Source of the DNA: a bacterium
Lineage (GTDB): Bacteria; DRYD01
Reading direction: 5' to 3'
Length of the DNA: 64,000 nucleotides
NCBI GenBank assembly: GCA_030549815.1
Contig: JAUQQQ010000005.1
Location: forward strand, 6,739-70,738
In this document: in pieces, positions 1 to 9,222 of the stretch
Layout of the letters: the number at the start of each line of letters is the position of its first letter
Numbering within the stretch: position 1 is the stretch's first letter
Made by a program: the position numbers and the translations under genes
Notes under the pieces: generated by a model
What the model was told of the DNA's origin: nothing
The model's database searches: none
The model's input: the letters and a program-made list of their open reading frames with translations, nothing else

Positions 1-495
1 GGTTTAACAAATGCGATAAATTTAATAGATGGAATGGATGGAGCTTTAGCGGGAATAGGAGCAATCATTTCTTTTTCCTTAGGTATATTAGCAATAATAC
101 AAGGACAAACAGTTTTAGCCATCTTTGTTTTCGCTTTAAGTGGAAGTTTAACAGGCTTCCTAAAATATAATTTTAACCCTGCTAAAGTATTCTTAGGAGA
201 CACTGGTAGCTTATTCATTGGAATGTTTATGAGTATAATCTCAATTTTAGGGTATTTCAAAAAAGCAACACTTATTTCAATAGCAATACCTGTAATAATT
301 TTTGCAATCCCGATATTTGATACACTTTTTGCAATAATAAGAAGAATAATAAAAAGGCAACACATTTTTCAACCTGACAAAGAACATATACATCACAAAC
401 TATTACAATACGGGTTTAATCAAAAACAAGCAGCGTTTATCCTTTACTTTATAACAATATTCCTGTCGATAATTGCAATAACGATAATTAAGTAG
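1..495 (+). CDS. MraY/WecA/TagO-family undecaprenyl-phosphate sugar-1-phosphate transferase (5' truncated by window)
   Basis: Frame open from base 1: GLTNAINLIDGMDG, NFNPAKVFLGDTGS and DKEHIHH motifs; multiple TM segments. Confidence 0.9.
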   Translation, partial: GLTNAINLIDGMDGALAGIGAIISFSLGILAIIQGQTVLAIFVFALSGSLTGFLKYNFNPAKVFLGDTGSLFIGMFMSIISILGYFKKATLISIAIPVIIFAIPIFDTLFAIIRRIIKRQHIFQPDKEHIHHKLLQYGFNQKQAAFILYFITIFLSIIAITIIK

Positions 496-506
496 GTGGT
501 AAAAGA

Positions 507-1232
507 ATGGAAACAAGAGCTAATTGGCTACAAACAGGAATTAATGCTATAAAAGCAAACGTAAAACCCATCTTAATTTCTGTTCTAATAGCTAATCCCT
601 TATTTTCTACCCTATCCTTTGGATTTGTACTTGGGATGCCATTTTTTATATCTTACAAGATATATCAAAAAATAAAAGAATATTATATAACAGGAACGGA
701 AGATTTTGAATTAAAAGATTTCGAAGTAGGTAAATATTTCTTAGAAGGTCTTAAATTCTATTTTTTTCTAATTATTTCTTTACTACCGGTATTTATATTA
801 TCTTTTTTAACATTAGCCTGCCCCCTTGCTTTACTATTATTTACCAATTTTATAACAATTGAAACAACCAGAAATTCTTGGTTTATTTTTTTATTAATGA
901 TATTAATAATGGGAATAATATTCTTAATTACTCTTCTTTCCAATTTTATTGCAGCTGCCTTTAAATATTACTATACAGTGAATTACGAAAAATTTGATCA
1001 AAACATACTAAATTTCATAATGGAAAATTACAAAAGGGTATTTAAGGATCCTTTAAAGACATTACATATAGGGTTAATAACAGCAGTATTTTCATTTATT
1101 ATATACTTTATACTTTTATTGCCAGCAATTTTTTCCCTTTTATTATTATCTTCTTCCTTTATCGTTTTAGCAGATATTTTTGTGTTATCTTATTTTTCAT
1201 CAAAAGAGACAAATCAAAAAAGTAATACATAG
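507..1232 (+). CDS. Hypothetical integral membrane protein
   Basis: 241 aa, several hydrophobic segments, RBS-like AGGTGG upstream. Confidence 0.7.
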   Translation: METRANWLQTGINAIKANVKPILISVLIANPLFSTLSFGFVLGMPFFISYKIYQKIKEYYITGTEDFELKDFEVGKYFLEGLKFYFFLIISLLPVFILSFLTLACPLALLLFTNFITIETTRNSWFIFLLMILIMGIIFLITLLSNFIAAAFKYYYTVNYEKFDQNILNFIMENYKRVFKDPLKTLHIGLITAVFSFIIYFILLLPAIFSLLLLSSSFIVLADIFVLSYFSSKETNQKSNT

Positions 1233-1238
1233 AAAGGG

Positions 1239-2564
1239 TTGAAAAAAATGAAAGATGTATTTATAATAGGAGGTGGGCCTGCAGGAACTAAAGTCGCACA
1301 AGAATTGAGAATTTTAGGATTTGAAGGCAATATAACCATTTTCGAAGACAGGTTCTTAGGTGGAGAATGCACAAACGTTGGATGTATACCATCAAAAACA
1401 CTCTACAATTTTGCTAAATTAAGAATACTTTGCAAAAAACAAGCAAACGTAAACATAGAAATAAATCCATCGACCATAATAAACACTGTAAAAAAAGTCG
1501 TAAATACAATAAGGAAAGGTATTGAATATAATTTAAAACGATACGATATAAAAGTAGAAAACAAGATAGCCAAAGTAAGAAATAACCGAATAGTGATTGA
1601 TGAAAAAGAATATGGTTTTGATGTTCTGGTTTTATCAACAGGATCATCTCCATTAACCTTAGGATATAAAGATGAAAAAATACTTACAAACAGGGAACTA
1701 TGGGGAAATTATTTTGATGATTTTATAAATGAGGTTAGCAAAGGCATAAAAGTCCTAATAGTTGGGGGTGGATATATAGGTTTAGAAACAGCTTCAATGC
1801 TATCAACTATTTTCACAAATAGTAATTTCACTCTAATTGAAAAAGAAAAAGATATAATATTTACAGCCGACACAGATGTTATTAATGAAATCAAAAAAAA
1901 TTTCCAAAAAAATAACCAGAATTTGACAATCTTAACAAATACAACAATAAAAAACATTACAAAAAACTCCGATAATTTGATCGTCGAATATGAAACTCCA
2001 GAAGGAATAAAAAAAGAAGAATTTAATTTCATAATAATGTCAATTGGTAGAAAAATAAATAATCCAATAGAAAACTTAAAAACTTTAGAATTCGATGAGT
2101 ATTTAAGATTAAAAAATTCGGAGAATATATGGTTAGCGGGTGATATAACAGGAGGAAAGATGTTAGCACATAAAGCTGAGTTTCAAGCTAAATTAGTGGC
2201 ACACAATATAATACAAAAAAAACCCACAAAGAGATTCACAAAAACTAATGATCTACAGATACCATCAATAATGTTTTCAATCCCAGAAGCAGGATGGTAT
2301 GGATTGACAGAAAAAGAAGTAAAAGAAATGGGAATAGAGTATATAGTTAAAAAATCTTTCTTATCAGCTAATGCAAGAGCAATCGCAGATAATTCCCGAG
2401 AAGGTTTTGTCAAAATAATATACAATAACAGAGGAGAAATATTAGGTACACATGTAGTAGCAAGTAATGTAAGCGAATTAATAAATATACCAATGGTATA
2501 TAATTCCGAAACAATAGTATATCCTCACCCAACTCTTTCAGAAATTTTTAACGAATTATTATGA
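1239..2564 (+). CDS. Dihydrolipoamide dehydrogenase-like pyridine nucleotide-disulfide oxidoreductase
   Basis: GGGPAG FAD motif, GGECTNVGCIPSK redox disulfide, GGGYIG, C-terminal HPTLSE. Confidence 0.85.
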   Translation: MKKMKDVFIIGGGPAGTKVAQELRILGFEGNITIFEDRFLGGECTNVGCIPSKTLYNFAKLRILCKKQANVNIEINPSTIINTVKKVVNTIRKGIEYNLKRYDIKVENKIAKVRNNRIVIDEKEYGFDVLVLSTGSSPLTLGYKDEKILTNRELWGNYFDDFINEVSKGIKVLIVGGGYIGLETASMLSTIFTNSNFTLIEKEKDIIFTADTDVINEIKKNFQKNNQNLTILTNTTIKNITKNSDNLIVEYETPEGIKKEEFNFIIMSIGRKINNPIENLKTLEFDEYLRLKNSENIWLAGDITGGKMLAHKAEFQAKLVAHNIIQKKPTKRFTKTNDLQIPSIMFSIPEAGWYGLTEKEVKEMGIEYIVKKSFLSANARAIADNSREGFVKIIYNNRGEILGTHVVASNVSELINIPMVYNSETIVYPHPTLSEIFNELL

Positions 2565-4099
2565 AATTATTAAGATTTGTATTAATAATACTTATTTTGA
2601 CAATATCATTAACTTTTGCAAATACAAAAATTGTATATTTCTATTTTCAAGATCAGTTTTTGGTAATATACAATGATGAAAATAATAAATTATTTGTGGA
2701 TATAAATAGTGGTTTTGTGATAAAGCCAGAGCAGCAAGAACAAAAACTAAAATTCGTTGAATATTTATTAGATACAAAAACATTCATAAGTAGAGATGAA
2801 GATGTTTTTACTAAGATATATGTTTTAAAAAAAATCATAAATTTTGATTTTAATGAAGTAGAACCAACAAACATAGATTATTATTCCTGGGGACCTCTAA
2901 CATATAAGTATTTAGCAATCTTCTGTAAAAAAATTAATGATAGCATAACAATAAGGATTCCTTCTTTTGATCAATTACCTGAAGAAATGAAAAAAGATAT
3001 AATAGAAAGATATAGATTAGTATTCGGAACAGCATTCAATGATCCTCAATATTTACAATATGAAATAACTTTCAAAAAATTAATTACAAATGAAGAAAAA
3101 ATAAATACCGATACAACAGAATTATATAAAACAGAATCGATAACTACCACGACAGAAACACAAAACACTACTAATATACAATCGACAACACAAATATCGA
3201 CAATACAAATGCCTCCAATCCAAACAACAAATAATAACCAAAGCACATTCAAAAAAACAATGCCATTATTATTTAATAACTTGGTAATAATAGTTGTTAT
3301 TTTTATTATTCTTTTAGTATTATCATCTTTCATACTTTTGAGATTAACAAACAATAAAAAGCATCTACATAACTCTCAAGAAAACATAGCAATTTTTAAT
3401 GAAGTAAAAATTAATCAGGAAAAAATATCAAATGAAATAGAAATATTGAAAGAAAAAACCTCTGCCTTAGAAAGTAAAATAAAACAAATATTTCAAAGAT
3501 TAGAAGAAATCTCAATGAAAACCGAAATAGCCTACAAAAAAGTAGAAGAGCAAAATATAAAACAAGAAGTTAAAGAAGAAGAATTCCTGGAAACTCAAAC
3601 AATAGATCAAACAAAAGCATTAGATAAAGAATCACTTGAATTAGTAATGTTCAAAATAGATAATATAATTAACAAACTAAAAACTTTGGAAATGTATAAA
3701 GAAATGGATATAAATATAAAAGCGGTAAAAATTATTTCAGATCTTTATGATATTAAGAATAAAATCAGGCAAACAAAAACGATTAACTTTTCTCAATGGG
3801 ATAATTTAGTTAAAAATTCAGTTATTGATCTACTAACAGCAATTGAAAAATATCAAAAAAAATTAGGATATAATGAAAATATAGAAATCATAACAAAACA
3901 AATTATGGAAGAATTCGAAATAGAAGAAATTAATATAATACCAGAACAAACAAAAGTAAATATAATAGATCATAGAGTGGAGGGATACTCAAGAAATCCA
4001 TCTCTACCTAATGGTGTAATAACAGAAGTAAAAGAAAAAGGATATAAATACAAAGGAGTAACAGTAAAAAGAGCAAAAGTTATAGAAAATAGGACATGA
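2561..4099 (+). CDS. Membrane protein: signal peptide, extracytoplasmic domain, T/Q linker, TM, coiled coil, C-terminal GrpE-like beta domain
   Basis: Hydrophobic N-terminus and central TM; C-terminus IIDHRV..PNGVITEVKEKGYKYKGVTVKRAKV resembles the GrpE head (H..V..G.I..V...GY......R.A.V). Confidence 0.65.
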   Translation: MKLLRFVLIILILTISLTFANTKIVYFYFQDQFLVIYNDENNKLFVDINSGFVIKPEQQEQKLKFVEYLLDTKTFISRDEDVFTKIYVLKKIINFDFNEVEPTNIDYYSWGPLTYKYLAIFCKKINDSITIRIPSFDQLPEEMKKDIIERYRLVFGTAFNDPQYLQYEITFKKLITNEEKINTDTTELYKTESITTTTETQNTTNIQSTTQISTIQMPPIQTTNNNQSTFKKTMPLLFNNLVIIVVIFIILLVLSSFILLRLTNNKKHLHNSQENIAIFNEVKINQEKISNEIEILKEKTSALESKIKQIFQRLEEISMKTEIAYKKVEEQNIKQEVKEEEFLETQTIDQTKALDKESLELVMFKIDNIINKLKTLEMYKEMDINIKAVKIISDLYDIKNKIRQTKTINFSQWDNLVKNSVIDLLTAIEKYQKKLGYNENIEIITKQIMEEFEIEEINIIPEQTKVNIIDHRVEGYSRNPSLPNGVITEVKEKGYKYKGVTVKRAKVIENRT

Positions 4100-6204
4100 T
4101 TAAAGAATTTATTGAAAAAATATTCAGTGAATATAAAAACCAAAAAACATCTTCGTTAACAACTATCGATATCTTATTAGAACTTGATAAAAAAGGAACA
4201 AAAAAACTTAAAAAAGAAGTTAGAGACTTTTTAAAACTATTTTCCTCGCTTAATGTCAAGGGAAATGAAGAAACAGTTATTAGCCCACTTTTAAAAAAAT
4301 TCCAAAAACAATATGAAAATAAAAACCCATCAATAGACGATTTTATTAATTTCTTATTTACTAATAAATCAATCCTTAATGTTATAGCTTCTTTCTTCAA
4401 TACCAATGATGTAAAAAATTTCATTTTTGAAAAAGATGAAGAAGTCAAAAAAGAAGATAAAAAAGAAGATAAAAAAATAGAGTTTTTGGAAAAGTATGGT
4501 AGAAATTTAGTAAAGTTAGCTAAGGAAGGAAAACTTAACAAAGTTGTTGGTAGAGATGAAGAAATACAAAGGGTAATCCAAATTTTATTAAGAAAAACCA
4601 AAAATAGTCCAGTTTTAATAGGAGAAGCAGGAGTAGGTAAAACTGCTATCGTTGAAGGATTAGCACAAAAAATCGCTAATAACCAAATCAAAGAACTACA
4701 AAATGTCGAAATATATGAAATTACTGTATCTTCACTACTTGCAGGTACATCCTTAAGAGGAGAATTAGAAAAAAAATTAGAAGAATTACTTAAAAATTTA
4801 GAAAATCGTGAAAATGTGATACTCTTCATAGATGAAATACATACTATAATGCTTGATAATACTATTTCTAACATCATAAAACCTGCCTTAGCAAGGGGAC
4901 AAATAAAAATTATAGGAGCAACAACAACCGAAGAATATTACAAATACATAGAGAAAGACCCTGCTTTAGAAAGAAGGTTCCAACCTATAATGGTTGATGA
5001 ACCTACACCAGAACAAACATTATTTATTCTTGAAAATATAATTGATACATTTGAACAATATCATCAAGTTAAATACGATAGATCAATATTGGAAAAAATC
5101 ATTAAATTAGCACAAAGATATATACCCCACAGAAATTTACCAGACAAAGTTATAGATATTATCGATGAAGTAGCAACTTATGTTAAGACAGAAAAAAATA
5201 AAAACACTGTCGAATTAGAAGATGTGAAAGAAATAATAAGTAAGCAAACAAACATTCCGATATCAAAAATGCAAGAAGAAGAATTAGAAAAAATAACAAA
5301 CTTAGAAGAAATATTGAAGTCTAAAGTTATAGGTCAAGATGAAGCAATAGAAAAAGTTGCAAAAGTCATAAAAATATCAAAAGCAGGACTTAATCCAAAT
5401 AAAAGGCCATATGGTGTATTCTTATTTTTAGGTCCCACAGGTGTCGGTAAAACATATTTAGCAAAAGTATTAGCAGAAACACTTTTTGACAGTGAAGAAA
5501 ACCTAATAAGGCTCGATATGTCAGAATTTAAAGAAAAACACGAAGTATCAAAACTATTAGGAGCACCACCCGGATACATAGGATTTGATAAAGACGGTAT
5601 TTTGACATTAGCAATAAAGAAAAATCCATATGCAATAATATTGTTAGATGAAATAGAAAAAGCGCATCCTGAAGTATTCGATATATTCCTCCAAGTATTT
5701 GATGAAGGAAAATTAAAGGATTCAAAAGGTAGAACTCTGATATTTTACGATACAGTCATTATAATGACATCGAACATAGGGTCCTCCTTAATATTTGATT
5801 TATTAAATAACAATCCATCAATAACATCAGAAGAACTCAAAAAAGCAGTATTACCAGAAATTATGAAATTTTTACGTCCAGAAATAGTAAATAGAATAGA
5901 CGAAATAATCGTCTTTAAACCCTTAGATAAAGAAAATGTGAAAAGAATAATAGAATTGGAATTAGAACAAATTTCAAAAAAAATTGAAGAAAGTGGAGAT
6001 AGTATAATCTTTACAGAAAATATCAAAAACTACATCTTAGAAAATGGATTTAACTTTTCATTCGGAGCAAGAAACATAAAGAGATTTATTCAATCAGAAA
6101 TCCTCAGTAAAATAGCACAAACCATATTGGAAAATTTACATATAAAAAACAAAAAAATAATAGTTGACTACGAAGAAGGAATAATAGTAAGGATAGAATC
6201 ATGA
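4096..6204 (+). CDS. Clp/Hsp100 double-AAA+ ATPase (atypical, no M-domain)
   Basis: GEAGVGKT/LFIDEIH, KDPALERRF, GPTGVGKT, GAPPGYIG, LLDEIEKAHP. Confidence 0.93.
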   Translation: MIKEFIEKIFSEYKNQKTSSLTTIDILLELDKKGTKKLKKEVRDFLKLFSSLNVKGNEETVISPLLKKFQKQYENKNPSIDDFINFLFTNKSILNVIASFFNTNDVKNFIFEKDEEVKKEDKKEDKKIEFLEKYGRNLVKLAKEGKLNKVVGRDEEIQRVIQILLRKTKNSPVLIGEAGVGKTAIVEGLAQKIANNQIKELQNVEIYEITVSSLLAGTSLRGELEKKLEELLKNLENRENVILFIDEIHTIMLDNTISNIIKPALARGQIKIIGATTTEEYYKYIEKDPALERRFQPIMVDEPTPEQTLFILENIIDTFEQYHQVKYDRSILEKIIKLAQRYIPHRNLPDKVIDIIDEVATYVKTEKNKNTVELEDVKEIISKQTNIPISKMQEEELEKITNLEEILKSKVIGQDEAIEKVAKVIKISKAGLNPNKRPYGVFLFLGPTGVGKTYLAKVLAETLFDSEENLIRLDMSEFKEKHEVSKLLGAPPGYIGFDKDGILTLAIKKNPYAIILLDEIEKAHPEVFDIFLQVFDEGKLKDSKGRTLIFYDTVIIMTSNIGSSLIFDLLNNNPSITSEELKKAVLPEIMKFLRPEIVNRIDEIIVFKPLDKENVKRIIELELEQISKKIEESGDSIIFTENIKNYILENGFNFSFGARNIKRFIQSEILSKIAQTILENLHIKNKKIIVDYEEGIIVRIES

Positions 6205-6500
6205 AAATATATATTTTAAGTGGACCATACGAAGGAAATAATTACAATTTTGATTATGATATAACAATAGGAAGGGATAGTTCAAACGACATTCCCCTAC
6301 CCCTTGATCTCTCAATATCAAGAAAACATCTAAAAATATCAACAGTTGGGAAAGAATTAATAATAGAGGATTTGAATTCGACAAATGGGACTTTCTTATT
6401 GGAAAATGGTAAAATGATTAAAGTAAGTGGGAAAAAAATTATAAACAAATTCCCAATCTTTTTGAAAATAGGGAATACCGTTATGGAGGTTGAAGTATGA
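6201..6500 (+). CDS. Stand-alone FHA domain protein
   Basis: IGR, SRKH and DLNSTNGTF FHA signature residues. Confidence 0.9.
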   Translation: MKIYILSGPYEGNNYNFDYDITIGRDSSNDIPLPLDLSISRKHLKISTVGKELIIEDLNSTNGTFLLENGKMIKVSGKKIINKFPIFLKIGNTVMEVEV

Positions 6501-7933
6501 GTATTTTGAGTATAGGAGCAATAATAGCAATAGGGGGAATCCTCGCTATTACAACAACCATCCTTACAGCAGCAACTGGAACAACCGCAGTTCTATTACA
6601 AAATAACCAAAATAGAAAAATAGATATTCCCCAAATAAATGAAATATCAAACATATCATATCAAGAACAACAAAAACTATTACAACAAACTCTTAATAAC
6701 CTTAGAAACATAGTTCAAGAAAACCAAATGAATATAGAATTAAAAAATGAGAGGGATAAATTAATAAACAAAATAGAAAATCTTAACAAAATACTTCAAA
6801 ACCCCATTTCAAACTATGATAAAATTAATCAAGAAGCAACAGAATTGGTAGAAGAAATAAACGAATTAATTATTAGAAATCAATCGATAAATTATCAAAA
6901 ACAAGAAATCATTAACCAAATAAAAAAATACCAAAACAAAATAAAAAACGTTGAAGAAATTAAAAATGTAGAGCAAATTATAAAAAATCCTCACAATTTC
7001 CATACCAAAGATATTGAAAATTTACTTAATAAAATCGAAGATGCTTATATATCGTATGAATTAGAAATAAAGGTAACAAAAAGTGAAGCTGAAAATAAAA
7101 AGAGGGAATTAACATTACAAAAAATTCGAGAAAATCTTCTTAAAATTAAAGAAATAGACTTAGAAACATATCAAAAAGTAATTCATAAATATGAAAATTT
7201 AGAAAACCTGGATGAATCATATTTGAAAATATTATATGATCAATCTCAACTCGATTTTTCAAATTTACAAACTAAAAAAATAAGAACAGATATTTATAAA
7301 ATTCAATTAGAATTATTAAAACATAATATTGATAACATTCTAAAAACGGTAGAAAAAGACGTAGAATTAAAAGAATTCTACCCTAAAACTCTTAAAATAT
7401 TCCAAAACATTGACGATTTAATAAAACAAAAATTCATAGAAAAAGAAGAATTTGAAAAACTAAGATTGAAATTCATCGAAGTATACAACTCTATACTAAA
7501 AAAAATAGAATATCTACAAACCCAAAAATTATTACAGAAAAATATAAAAGAAACATTAGAAAAAATAGGATATCAAATCATCGATTCCTTATTAATAGAA
7601 AAATTAACAAAAGGAGAAATCATTTACATAGATATACCATATTCAGATGAATATAAAGTTCAACTAAGGTTAACAGAAGATAATCAAATATATTTCAGAT
7701 TAGTCAAATTCACTGATTCCTTAACACCTACATCATATGAAAAACAAAAAGATTTAGAAATAGCCCAAAAATGGTGTAAAGATTATGATAAAATATTAGA
7801 ACTATTAAAGGAAAATGGAATAATAATAGAAAACATAAAAAGAATAGAACCAGAAGAAACCGAAATAACTTACATACTAAAAGAAGAAAAGAAAAAACAA
7901 CAAGAACAACAAAAATATATGCAAATCGAATAA
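6497..7933 (+). CDS. Coiled-coil protein with N-terminal hydrophobic segment
   Basis: 478 aa, G/A/T-rich hydrophobic N-terminus, long heptad E/K/Q/N region, globular C-terminus (KDLEIAQKWCKDY). Confidence 0.75.
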   Translation: MSILSIGAIIAIGGILAITTTILTAATGTTAVLLQNNQNRKIDIPQINEISNISYQEQQKLLQQTLNNLRNIVQENQMNIELKNERDKLINKIENLNKILQNPISNYDKINQEATELVEEINELIIRNQSINYQKQEIINQIKKYQNKIKNVEEIKNVEQIIKNPHNFHTKDIENLLNKIEDAYISYELEIKVTKSEAENKKRELTLQKIRENLLKIKEIDLETYQKVIHKYENLENLDESYLKILYDQSQLDFSNLQTKKIRTDIYKIQLELLKHNIDNILKTVEKDVELKEFYPKTLKIFQNIDDLIKQKFIEKEEFEKLRLKFIEVYNSILKKIEYLQTQKLLQKNIKETLEKIGYQIIDSLLIEKLTKGEIIYIDIPYSDEYKVQLRLTEDNQIYFRLVKFTDSLTPTSYEKQKDLEIAQKWCKDYDKILELLKENGIIIENIKRIEPEETEITYILKEEKKKQQEQQKYMQIE

Positions 7934-7970
7934 AGAGGATAAGAAAAAAAGTAACAAGAATAATCTATAT

Positions 7971-8705
7971 GTGAATGTTAGCGTATTAGAAGCAATAGGA
8001 TTACAAAAAATTTACTCCAAAAGAGTCGTTGTCAATAATGTTAGTTTAAATATAAAACAAGGTGAAATCGTTGGTTTATTAGGTCCAAACGGTGCAGGAA
8101 AAACAACTACCTTCTATATGTTAGTCGGATTAACAAAACCAAACAAAGGAAAAATATTGATAGATAATAATGACATAACTTTCTTACCACTATACAAAAA
8201 AGCAAAATTTGGAATATCATATTTACCCCAAGAAAGTTCTATATTCAGAGGACTTACCGTGGAAGAAAATTTCCAATTGATCCTTGAATATTACTACAAA
8301 GATAAAAATATAATAAAAGAAAAAATCGATGAATTAATAGAAGAATTCGGTTTACAAAAAGTTAGGAAAAATTTTGGATATACCTTGTCAGGTGGAGAAA
8401 GAAGAAAAGTAGAAATAGCAAGGACAATGATAATTAATCCTAAATTTTTACTTTTAGATGAGCCGTTTAGTGGAGTAGATCCAATAACAATAGAACAAAT
8501 ACAAAAAATAGTAAATAGACTAAAATTAAAAAACATTGGGATAATGATAACCGATCATAATGTATACGAAACATTAAGAATAGTTGATAGAGCGTATATA
8601 ATATCGAATGGAGAAGTAATGGTTGAAGGAACAAGAGAAGAAGTAGCATCTAATGAATTAGCAAAAAAATACTATTTAGGAGAGAAATTTAGACTACTAC
8701 AATAA
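7971..8705 (+). CDS. lptB: LPS export ABC transporter ATP-binding protein
   Basis: GPNGAGKTTTFYM, YLPQESSIFR, LSGGERRKVEIAR, LLDEPFSGVDP, ITDHNV, YLGEKF. Confidence 0.9.
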   Translation: MNVSVLEAIGLQKIYSKRVVVNNVSLNIKQGEIVGLLGPNGAGKTTTFYMLVGLTKPNKGKILIDNNDITFLPLYKKAKFGISYLPQESSIFRGLTVEENFQLILEYYYKDKNIIKEKIDELIEEFGLQKVRKNFGYTLSGGERRKVEIARTMIINPKFLLLDEPFSGVDPITIEQIQKIVNRLKLKNIGIMITDHNVYETLRIVDRAYIISNGEVMVEGTREEVASNELAKKYYLGEKFRLLQ

Positions 8706-8708
8706 ATC

Positions 8709-8748
8709 TCCGCCTGCTGGAAATAGGGCGGAAAAAAATACTCCAGCA
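8709..8748 (+). ncRNA. Candidate cis-acting H-type pseudoknot (copy 1)
   Basis: S1 TCCGCC 8709-14/GGCGGA 8727-32; S2 GCTGGA 8716-21/TCCAGC 8742-47; A-rich 9-nt L3; second copy at 53315. Confidence 0.6.
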
Positions 8749-8761
8749 CCTATTAAAAACT

Positions 8762-9196
8762 ATGGATTACCAAGAATTTGTGAACAAACTAATCGAAAAA
8801 TATGGAGAAGACAGATCAAAACTAATCGAAATGGCTTTCGATATACAAGAACAATATAACTATATACCCAAAGAGTTACTTAAAATCCTTTGTGATCGAT
8901 TAAAAATATTTTACGCAGAAGCTTATTCTTCTATTTCATTCTTCAAAGATTTTAGATTCCAACCCAAAGAAAAAATAAAAATAACAGTTTGTAATGGAAC
9001 ATCTTGCTATTTTAACGGAGGGAAAGAATTGTATGAAGAGTTAATCCAAAATCTTGGAGAAGATTACGAAATTGGATTTAGTTACTGTTACAAATGTTGT
9101 GCTAAATACCCCGTGGTAGTAATTGAAAAAGAAACATTATTAAATGCAAATTACCAAAAGGTTAAAGAAAAAATAAGGTCATACAACAAAAACTAA
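8762..9196 (+). CDS. NuoE/HoxE-like thioredoxin-fold [2Fe-2S] protein
   Basis: IQEQYNYIP, SFF, CNGTSC and CYKCC cluster ligands. Confidence 0.8.
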   Translation: MDYQEFVNKLIEKYGEDRSKLIEMAFDIQEQYNYIPKELLKILCDRLKIFYAEAYSSISFFKDFRFQPKEKIKITVCNGTSCYFNGGKELYEELIQNLGEDYEIGFSYCYKCCAKYPVVVIEKETLLNANYQKVKEKIRSYNKN

Positions 9197-9222
9197 ACAA
9201 AATTTCAGAGAAAGGGGGAAAA

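Noticed and set aside
4080-4877. 265-aa antisense ORF and the many other short antisense or overlapping ORFs in the track
   Set aside because: Shadows of well-supported genes on the opposite strand, with no motifs
8709-8740. Hairpin after lptB as an intrinsic terminator
   Set aside because: Followed by an A-run rather than a U-run, and the loop pairs downstream; better explained as a pseudoknot
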